From an uncultured Thermoplasmata archaeon (GTDB lineage: Archaea; Thermoplasmatota; Thermoplasmata; UBA10834), in assembly GCA_963719945.1 (NCBI GenBank), contig CAVRDX010000001.1, positions 256,001 to 320,000 on the forward strand: a stretch of 64,000 nucleotides of DNA, in the 5' to 3' direction. The translations under genes were made by a program, and so were the position numbers. Shown piece by piece: positions 42,088 through 50,400 of this stretch. Position 1 is the first letter of the stretch, and every line of letters begins with the position of its first letter. Under the pieces are notes generated by a model. It was not told the DNA's origin and searched no databases. It saw only the letters and a program-made list of their open reading frames with translations.

Positions 42088-43332
42088 ATGACATTCAAAG
42101 ATCTTAGGCTCATAGAGCCTCTACTGGATGCGGTTGCCAAACAGGGTTATACTACGCCGACACCAATACAGGAACAGGCAATTCCTCATATCCTTCAAGG
42201 CAAGGATTTGATTGGAATCGCACAAACGGGCACAGGAAAGACGGCTGCATTTGTTCTGCCCCTATTGCAGATAATGTCCCAGTCCCCTAAGCATATTATC
42301 CCTAGGTCTCCCAGAACTCTAGTTCTTGCGCCAACCAGAGAATTGGCTGCGCAGATAGATGAGAGCTTTGCAACCTACGGCTCATTTATGAGATTCAGGC
42401 ACACCGTAATTTTCGGCGGTGTCAACCAAGGCGCTCAGGTTAGAGCAATTTCCATGGGAGTTGATGTCCTTGTCGCTACACCTGGCAGATTATTGGACTT
42501 GATGAACCAGCGCCACGTGAATCTAACCCATTTGGAATTCCTTGTTCTCGATGAAGTTGACAGAATGCTTGATATGGGCTTCTTGGTTGATGTCAAGAGG
42601 ATCATTGCAAAATTGCCGGCACACAGACAATCAATATTCCTTTCAGCAACGATGCCTCCAAGGATAAGCGAGCTTGCAAAAACATTGCTCCATCATCCTG
42701 TGCGCGTTGAAGTTGCCCCTCAGGCAACCACAGTAAAACTAGTTCAGCAAAAGGTCCTATTTGTGGACGAAGGAAACAAGATCGCGATTCTATTGGAATT
42801 GCTGAAACATAAAGATCTGAAATGTGTGCTGATATTTACTAGAACAAAAAGACGAGCCAATAACGTCGCCAAACTGCTGACCACTCAGGGCATTCGGGCC
42901 GAAGCCATACATGGCAATAAATCACAGAGTCAAAGAACAAGAGCATTGGATAATTTCAAATCTGGACATGCAAGAGTGATGGTTGCGACAGACATTGCTG
43001 CAAGGGGCATTGACATTGATGACATATCTCATGTAATAAATTATGATCTGCCCGTTGACCAGATTGATAACTATGTCCATAGAATTGGCCGTACCGCGAG
43101 AGCAGGAGCTAGTGGCACTGCATATTCGCTGTGCGCAAGCTATGAACGGGATGCCTTGAGGGAAATCGAAAGCCTCATAAAGATGAATATCGAAGTGATG
43201 TCTCATTCATTTCATTCTAATACGGCAAGAGATGCTGTTGGCGCTGCTGCAAGACCACCGCCAAAACAGCAAAGAGGCCCGAGAAGGCCAAATACGAATC
43301 GACGGAATGAGAGACATTATCGATCGAGATAG
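42088..43332 (+). CDS. DEAD-box RNA helicase, RhlE-like (motif II DEVD)
   Basis: PTPIQ, AQTGTGKT, PTRELA, TPGRLLD, DEVD, SAT, ARGID, HRIGRTAR; basic C-tail; AT-richer codons than flanks. Confidence 0.92.
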   Translation: MTFKDLRLIEPLLDAVAKQGYTTPTPIQEQAIPHILQGKDLIGIAQTGTGKTAAFVLPLLQIMSQSPKHIIPRSPRTLVLAPTRELAAQIDESFATYGSFMRFRHTVIFGGVNQGAQVRAISMGVDVLVATPGRLLDLMNQRHVNLTHLEFLVLDEVDRMLDMGFLVDVKRIIAKLPAHRQSIFLSATMPPRISELAKTLLHHPVRVEVAPQATTVKLVQQKVLFVDEGNKIAILLELLKHKDLKCVLIFTRTKRRANNVAKLLTTQGIRAEAIHGNKSQSQRTRALDNFKSGHARVMVATDIAARGIDIDDISHVINYDLPVDQIDNYVHRIGRTARAGASGTAYSLCASYERDALREIESLIKMNIEVMSHSFHSNTARDAVGAAARPPPKQQRGPRRPNTNRRNERHYRSR

Positions 43333-43476
43333 ATGGCTCAGAATCCTTTGTTCAGAAAAAGTCCTTGTCTCCTTCCGTCGATTAATGGGCGAAAAATGGC
43401 GAGGAACACTCCCTACGAAAGCGATTCTGTTTCCGCTGCATTTTATTCCTTCACACCTTTTCTCAGAAGAATGGAC

Positions 43477-43500
43477 GTGCGGCCGCCGGGCCGTGCACCC
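43477..43500 (-). repeat. Degenerate direct repeat of the tRNA-Gly 3' end (att-like)
   Basis: GTGCGGCCGCCGGG at 43477-90 is identical to 44055-68; the next 10 nt match 6/10. Confidence 0.7.
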
Positions 43501-43601
43501 TGCACAAGCCAGACTCCACTTTTTCTGATTTCAATCAAGAGAAGATTCCTGGGGACAAGGCATCTGCCGCCCCTTCCCCATCGTAGTATTCGCGGGGAGA
43601 A

Positions 43602-43928
43602 CTAGGCTCTCAACATTTCAAATGCACAGTCTGAACAATAACGAGAGAACGAATGTGATCGTCGCCAATTCCTGAGCAGAACGATTGTGAGGACAAGCAT
43701 CACAACAAACAAAGCAGAAAGAGCCAGATTCGCGAGCGAGAAGTCACCATCTGCGAAAGTGCTGATGACATTAGTGCCTAGGCCAATCAGAAATCCCATT
43801 ATGTACAAAGCTGCAAAAACGAAGATTATGGTCCTTAGAGGAAGGCGTATCAGATTCAGACCTCCACGTGGAGGTGATGTCTCCTGCTCCGATTTGTACT
43901 CCCTCCCACACCCAGCGCAAGTGGCCAT
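43602..43928 (-). CDS. Small two-TM protein with N- and C-terminal CxxC
   Basis: MATCAGCG, two TM helices, YCSDC; CTTATAA box upstream. Confidence 0.6.
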   Translation of the reverse strand: MATCAGCGREYKSEQETSPPRGGLNLIRLPLRTIIFVFAALYIMGFLIGLGTNVISTFADGDFSLANLALSALFVVMLVLTIVLLRNWRRSHSFSRYCSDCAFEMLRA

Positions 43929-44055
43929 CAGATAGACAGAATTACTTTCTTCCCTTATAATGCTGGTCTCGGAGCTATTTGAATCGAGAAAATCCTCGGG
44001 TGCAATTAAACCATTAATTGAAAACGAAAAATCTTTGTCTGGCTACGCATAGGAG

Positions 44056-44129
44056 TGCGGCCGCCGGGATTTGAACCCGAGTTTTGAGCTTGGCAAGCTC
44101 AAGTGATAACCAGACTACACTACGGCCGC
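44056..44129 (-). tRNA. tRNA-Gly(GCC), intronless, CCA not encoded
   Basis: GCGGCCG acceptor stem, anticodon arm TGAGC-TTGCCAA-GCTCA, T-arm CTCGG-GTTCAAATC-CCG, discriminator A. Confidence 0.96.
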
Positions 44130-44163
44130 ATACTGGTTGTACGCCTCAATACACAGGGCCCAT

Positions 44164-45486
44164 TTATATCTTGTGCGGGGTCGAGAGCTCTCGACACCCA
44201 TTCTTTTCCATCCACTGGATGGCCTCTCCGACCAAGTAGAGGGACCCTATGACGCAGACTCCTTTTCCAAGAGTGCTCTCCGAAGCCATCTCTATCCCCT
44301 TCGAGGAAGTCATCGAGATGGATGAATGACCTTTGAACTCCTTCTTCACAATCTCGTACAGGTCGGTTGCCGGGAGCGCGCGCTTATTGTCTACCTGAGT
44401 CGCTATGATCCTGGATGCATGAGGAGCAATCGTCCGAACGATCTCCCTAGCGTCTTTATCATTCATACAGCCGACCACGAAGGTCATCGGCAGAGTACCT
44501 AGCGCCTCCAGAGTCGAAATCGCCATCCGCACGCCATCAGGATTATGACCTCCATCGAATATCAAAAGGGGTTCACGTTGCACAATCTGCATTCTCCCCG
44601 GCCATCTGGCATTTGCCAATCCCTTGCGGATCTCTTCCTCAGTTATGTTGTCTTCCTTTTCTGCAAGGCATTCCAGGCACGCGATTGCTGCTGCGGCGTT
44701 CTCCGCCTGATATCCTCCGATCAGAGCGGTCTCAAGGTCAATCATCTCTCTCTTACCAGAGTAATTGAATGATGTCTCATGCAATGTCTGTCTGATGCAA
44801 TCGACTGCGAAATCCAGATCGATTCTCACCAACGGCACTCCGCATTCATCGCACTTCTTCTCGAAGATGCCGAGTATGGATGGGTCCCGTTCACAAGTCA
44901 CGACCGGCGCCCCATTCTTGATTATCCCCGCCTTCTCAAATGCGATCTCCGGGATTGTGTGGCCAAGGTAGTCCGTGTGTTCCAGCCCTATCCTTGTTAT
45001 GATTGACACGTCCGGTTCGATTACATTGGTGGCATCAAGCCTTCCTCCCATGCCTACTTCGGCAACGACAATATCGACATGCTCCTCGGCGAAGTATCTG
45101 AAGGCGAGCCCAGTCGTGAACTCGAAGAAGGTGAGCTGCTGCTCCGGACCTTGCCTAGCCATCGATTCCATCTCGGCTCGGAGCTCCTCCCCTATCCTCA
45201 CAACATCGGCTTCGGGCATATCCTGTCCGTCGACCTTTATCCTCTCGCGGAAATCCACTAGGTGCGGTGATGTGTATAGTCCCACCCTGAAACCGTGGGC
45301 CTTTAGAATCTCAGCCAGAAACGTGCAGACCGAGCCCTTGCCGTTGGTTCCGGTGACATGTATCGAGCGGAATGAGTTCTGCGGATTCCCTATCCTATCG
45401 AGGAATTCCCGCATGTTGTCCAACCCCAGCTTTATCCCGAACCTCTCGAGGTTGAACATCCAGTCGACTATCTCCGTGTAGCTCAT
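44164..45486 (-). CDS. folC: Dihydrofolate synthase / folylpolyglutamate synthase
   Basis: HVTGTNGKGS, YTSPHL, RERI, TFFE, EVGMGGRLDATN, EH, EKAGI, WPGR, DGGHNP, GSLYLVG. Confidence 0.95.
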   Translation of the reverse strand: MSYTEIVDWMFNLERFGIKLGLDNMREFLDRIGNPQNSFRSIHVTGTNGKGSVCTFLAEILKAHGFRVGLYTSPHLVDFRERIKVDGQDMPEADVVRIGEELRAEMESMARQGPEQQLTFFEFTTGLAFRYFAEEHVDIVVAEVGMGGRLDATNVIEPDVSIITRIGLEHTDYLGHTIPEIAFEKAGIIKNGAPVVTCERDPSILGIFEKKCDECGVPLVRIDLDFAVDCIRQTLHETSFNYSGKREMIDLETALIGGYQAENAAAAIACLECLAEKEDNITEEEIRKGLANARWPGRMQIVQREPLLIFDGGHNPDGVRMAISTLEALGTLPMTFVVGCMNDKDAREIVRTIAPHASRIIATQVDNKRALPATDLYEIVKKEFKGHSSISMTSSKGIEMASESTLGKGVCVIGSLYLVGEAIQWMEKNGCRELSTPHKI

Positions 45487-45530
45487 GAGCGAGGTGCAAA
45501 TCCACCTGCATATTAAGAAGTTCTGTGGTC

Positions 45531-46292
45531 CTAGACGGCTAGTCTCTCAATCCACGACCTCATATCGGTCCCGTCCTTCTTGGCCAGACGTTCCATCTCC
45601 TTCAGAACACCCGAACTATATTGTGCGGCTTTCTTGGGTCGGTCGTATGCCTCTACTCCGAGCTGCTTGGCTACATCCCTCAAAACGATCTTGCGTTCCC
45701 CGCGGTCTATCTTTCGGGCCATAGGCGTCTTGGATGCAATGTCTATCACGCTGCTCGATGCGAATGGGTATCCGATGAGCTTTCCTCTTGTCAGGGCAGC
45801 CCGCCTAAGCAACTCGCTCTCCCTCGTAGCCTTCTCGAGATCCGATGCCATCCGAGGTCCGGGGTCGTCCTCCCCTAGGTACTTCGCATATCCTCCGAAC
45901 AACTCGTCGGCGAAGCTGCCTGTGAGGGTCAGTCGCTCTTTCGATTCGATCATGACTGCAAGGATTGGTATCGTATATCCCACGATGACCGGATTATTGG
46001 TGGCAAGGACTGTCGACGCTTCCCTGACCAGGGATCTTATGGTCGGTTCCGTCAGGACGATGATCTCAGATGAAGTCGAAGGATCATCGGAACCATCTAT
46101 GGCGATCTTATGGTCTGCAGCCCCTTCTATCGCGCACGTGTAGCGTGTTACAGGCACGACCTCTCTTGCGAGCGAGTCGATGACCGAACTATCCAAACCC
46201 CCTGAATACGCCATCGCTGCCGTCGGCTCCCCATCTATGCATTCCCTGACGGCATTTCTGAGCGTCTCAATCAACTCTGCAACGTCGGTCAC
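45531..46292 (-). CDS. Asparagine-synthase C-terminal (ATP pyrophosphatase) domain protein, no glutaminase domain
   Basis: AYSGGLDSS PP-loop, GSFADELFGGY, KIVLR, RPKKAAQYSSG; only 253 aa. Confidence 0.82.
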   Translation of the reverse strand: MTDVAELIETLRNAVRECIDGEPTAAMAYSGGLDSSVIDSLAREVVPVTRYTCAIEGAADHKIAIDGSDDPSTSSEIIVLTEPTIRSLVREASTVLATNNPVIVGYTIPILAVMIESKERLTLTGSFADELFGGYAKYLGEDDPGPRMASDLEKATRESELLRRAALTRGKLIGYPFASSSVIDIASKTPMARKIDRGERKIVLRDVAKQLGVEAYDRPKKAAQYSSGVLKEMERLAKKDGTDMRSWIERLAV

Positions 46293-46373
46293 GAACGCAT
46301 GACCTGCACTGTACCTGAAAAATGCATCGCTTGAGGTTAAAGGGTTTAGTTCGATATGTGAAAAAAGTGCATC

Positions 46374-46475
46374 TCACTTATCGCTGAAATCGTCCCAGAT
46401 GCATTCTGGTGCATCATCAAAGAGTTTCAGATCGTCTATTGCAGGTATGAAATCCTGCGATTTCGAGTCTTCCAT
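46374..46475 (-). CDS. Putative small acidic protein (33 aa)
   Basis: Not in ORF track: MEDSKSQDFIPAIDDLKLFDDAPECIWDDFSDK; AAGGAGG SD 10 nt before ATG; T6 run just after the stop. Confidence 0.5.
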   Translation of the reverse strand: MEDSKSQDFIPAIDDLKLFDDAPECIWDDFSDK

Positions 46476-46807
46476 CTTTCTTCGTCCTCCTTTTCGGAGG
46501 TCGCTATATGATTGGGCTATTGAAGTACTTGCCGCCGATAGCTTCCTCAATGTAGAACCTTAATCGAACAGTTCTCTGTTCCGCTGACATCGTACAGGTC
46601 GCAATCTCGATGTCGGATCTCTCAGTATGGATTGATGTGATGGTCGGCAGTCAGCGCGCAATCGTCCGTGACTATCTCATCTGACAGGAAGCCGGTTTGT
46701 TTCGGGAATGAAAACTTAAGGGTGCCAGCGGTTTACCAAAGGCTTAAGAGGGGTATAGGTTATTTACCTAAACAGACAGTTTATGAATCACTCTCGGAGG
46801 GTATTTG

Positions 46808-47350
46808 ATGAATGATGATGACCTCATGAAAGTCAAGATCTGCTTCATTGGAGACGCAGGCGTAGGTAAGACTAGCCTCATCAAGAGATTTGTTCTCGAC
46901 GTCTTCGACGACAGGTATATCGCAACCATCGGGACCAAGGTTACGAAGAAAATTGTTGAGGTCAGTGACCAGGGGACCAATGTCAAGGTCATGATGCTCA
47001 TTTGGGATATTATGGGTCAGAAAGGGTTCCGCGAACTCCTGCGCGAAGCATACTTTTTCGGAGCGCACGGGGCAATCGCAGTATGTGACCTGACGAACAA
47101 GGAGACTCTCGAAGAACTCAGGTATTGGATAAAGGCTCTGACCGATGTCGCGGGTGATGTGCCAATAGTGTTCGCGGGAAACAAGGCAGATCTCGAGAAT
47201 GAGAGGGTAATCAAGGACGAGGAACTCCAGGAATTGGCCTCGAAATACAAGGCCAAATCGTTCATGACCAGTGCGAAGACTGGCCAGGGAGTCGAGGATG
47301 TCTTCAAGGCCCTCGGTCTCGCAGTCTCAGAGAAGATGGGCTCACGGTAG
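46808..47350 (+). CDS. Rab-like small GTPase (Ras superfamily)
   Basis: G1 GDAGVGKT, G2 YIATIG, G3 WDIMGQ, G4 NKAD, G5 TSAK; GGAGG SD; no C-terminal Cys prenylation motif. Confidence 0.95.
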   Translation: MNDDDLMKVKICFIGDAGVGKTSLIKRFVLDVFDDRYIATIGTKVTKKIVEVSDQGTNVKVMMLIWDIMGQKGFRELLREAYFFGAHGAIAVCDLTNKETLEELRYWIKALTDVAGDVPIVFAGNKADLENERVIKDEELQELASKYKAKSFMTSAKTGQGVEDVFKALGLAVSEKMGSR

Positions 47351-47452
47351 TAGCCAGTGGTCCATTACCAACCCTGATAACGAATTAATAATCCTTATAT
47401 GCCCAGCATCGGCTATGAAATCCTCCAGAGAGTCAAGGGGCGGCTTAAGTTC

Positions 47453-50400
47453 ATGAAGGAAGTTCCCGTAGGAGGTTGCAGTCGTCATGCTCGAATTCTG
47501 AGCGGCTCACTTGCAGTCCTTCTCGCAATATTGATGATATCGGGGCCGGTCCTTCTGATGATAGGGGATGACCCCGTCAACGCCTCTGCGGATTCCCTGA
47601 CTTCCTGGGACCATTTGCTGCGCATGCATGAGGGAAGCCCTGTCTCCTCAGGAGATTATGATTGGCTGAACTCTTCCGCCCCTCAGAATCCAAGCGACCT
47701 CGATTACGATTCTGATGGATTGCTCGGAATCACGATCAAGAAGAACCTCCCATCTCAGCGTTGGAGGCATTTCTGGGTGCTCTCCCCTCCGGTGAACTCC
47801 GACGTTAGCATCCAAGGCGACATCTCGGCTCACATCTGGGCGGCCTCCAGGGACAACGAATCGGGGTCGATGATGACCATAACGTTGTCCGACATGGCTC
47901 CGTCCACCTTCTATAGCCCAAGCTCGTGGGCGAGTGTGGGAAGTGCCACGATTGCGCTGACGGGTCCTGTATACTCGTCATGGAAGGCATATGATCTGAA
48001 CATCCCCGGGATAGATTATGTGCTGGCAGATGGCCACTCTCTCGTCTTGACCATCATGAGAGGGGATTCGATCAATGACGGCTTGATGATCCTCTATGAT
48101 AGCAATGCATTCGATTCATACCTGATTGTCCCAACCAGGGACTTCATAAGCGTCGACGATGTCTGGACGGAAGATGAATCTGGAACATCCAGGACCGTGT
48201 TCGCCGACACTGAGGAGATTGTGGTATATGCGAACGTGTCGAACCCGTTCGGAGCATATGATATCCGCGAGTCCTATCTGGAAGTTGCATATTCCAACAA
48301 TGGGACAGTGTGCATCCCGTCGACTCCTCTGACCCTGGTTTCGGCGGACTCGTCCTCAAATCCGTCCTGGAAGCTGTTCTCTACTGCTCTCGAGCATTTG
48401 TGCAACGGAACCTTCAATCTGACGGTCTATGGCTATGATGCATTGGGCACTCCGACCTGGTTGACATCGTCCGTATCGATAGTCACCGCAGATCATTTCG
48501 AAGTCTTAACTCCATCCAATATCATCGCTGGCCAGGAATTCGAGATGACTATCACCGCATTGGACGCGGCTGGAGAGATCGTCCCGAATTGGAGAGGCAC
48601 TGTCGAGGTCGAGTCGGTCTTTTCAGAGACGATGACCCCCTCTTCTGGATCGCTGAATGTCACAACGGTAGAATTCGAGGGAACGGAGAACGGTGTCGTC
48701 ACGGTCGAGAACCAATCATACGACGCGGGCGAAGAGACGATAATCCTTATCGCGTATTCGAACTCGCATTTCGGCTACAGCGTCGAGATCTATGTGTGGA
48801 GCGGTCCCGTCAGTACGATATCCATTGACCCTGCGGGACCTATAACCTCGCTTCTATCCGGATCCATCGTATCTTTCACTGTGGTCGGACTGGATCATCT
48901 GGGGAACGAGAATACCTCCTGGTCGCCAGCATGGTCGGTGTTTGGCAGTGTCGGGACGATATCCGGTTCAGGAATGACGGTCTCCTTCATCGCATTGAAT
49001 GATGGTGTTGGTGGCATAAACTGCACTGATCCTGCGAGCGGCATATATGTGAACGTGAATATCACGGTCGTCGCCGGAAGTCTAGCCAGGATTGTATTGT
49101 CGCCGAGCGGCCCACTATCTATTCCCGAAGGGGTGAGCCAAGTTATTGTCGCGACGGGTTACGATTCATATGACAACATCGTAAGCATGTCCAGCGCTAC
49201 TTGGAGCACTAACACTTCTGGCAAGATCGTCGGTAGCGGTTCCACAGTCACCTACACTGCAGGGTACATCCCCGAATCAGGGGCGATTGAGGTCATGTAT
49301 GGTTCTGTAAGCGCATCGATCAGTGTTACTGTCATTAATGCACTCAATGGTCCACGACTCAGCACCATACCGACGCAGATCGCTACGGAAGATAGTTCAT
49401 GGAGCTTGAGTCTCACTTCATATTGGCATCACACCAATGGCACAGCGAACCTGAAGTGGTTTGCTGAGAATGTCGACACTTCACTCTACTTGGTCACGCA
49501 TGATCCATCTTCAGAGGCGATTGTAAAGTTCTATACGCAACCTGACAAGTTCGGCTCAGACACATTCAGACTCTGGGTAAGGGATCCCGACGGGTTCTCA
49601 ACCTATCAAGATATAGTTGTGAGTATCCAGCCAGTTAATGACAGGCCACATTTCGTCCACAGCCCACCGACCGAGATATATGTCAAGTTCTCAACTCCAT
49701 ATTCCTTCGACTACAGCTACTACGTGTCCGATGTTGACAACGCGAAGAGCAATCTGCTGATGTTCGCCGAATCTTCGAACTACGGCGATATCCTTTTCGA
49801 CCACCTGATATCAACATTCCTCTTCCTGGAGAAGGATGGGACCAACAGCTACTTCGAGATCATCACAATCACTCTGACTGATGCTGTCAATGCAGAATCA
49901 TCAGATTCTACAAATTCCGATTATCTGAATGCCGTGATATGGGTGACGGATGATACGCCACCGTCCCTGAACAACACGTTGCCGGATCAGGAGTTGAACG
50001 AGGGTGACCTAAATGTCTATGCGTTCGACCTGGACGACTTCTTCTTCGACCAGGATCCCGAAGACTATCTCGTCTATCAGTATGGTTTCGACAATATAGT
50101 GATATCCATCGATCAGGAGACCCACGAAGTCTACATGTCCGCACCGTTTGAATGGTCTGGAATCACTGAGGGCACCCTCACGGCCATGGACCCGACAGGC
50201 GCTTTCAAGACAGACATAGTCACGGTGACGGTCTTCGCTGTGAACGATCCTCCGTCGATCTCTCCGATCAATGATATTCATGTGCGCTATGATGTGGTAA
50301 CCAAGATCGATGCGAGCATGTATGTAGCCGATCCAGATCATACTCTGGATGAGTTGGTATTCTCATTTGACAGTCCATATGCAAGCTATTCTGATGGAAT

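Noticed and set aside
45531-46475. Lasso-peptide cluster (small ORF plus AsnB-like cyclase)
   Set aside because: No RRE or transglutaminase-like leader peptidase nearby; the peptide lacks the YxxPxL and Thr(-2)/Gly(+1) pattern; a T-run and a TTTAA box separate the two genes; the RPKKAAQY tail is typical of ordinary archaeal AsnB
46756-46770. Palindrome TAGGT-N5-ACCTA upstream of the Rab-like gene as an operator
   Set aside because: Only 5-bp arms and no second copy noticed; cannot be distinguished from chance
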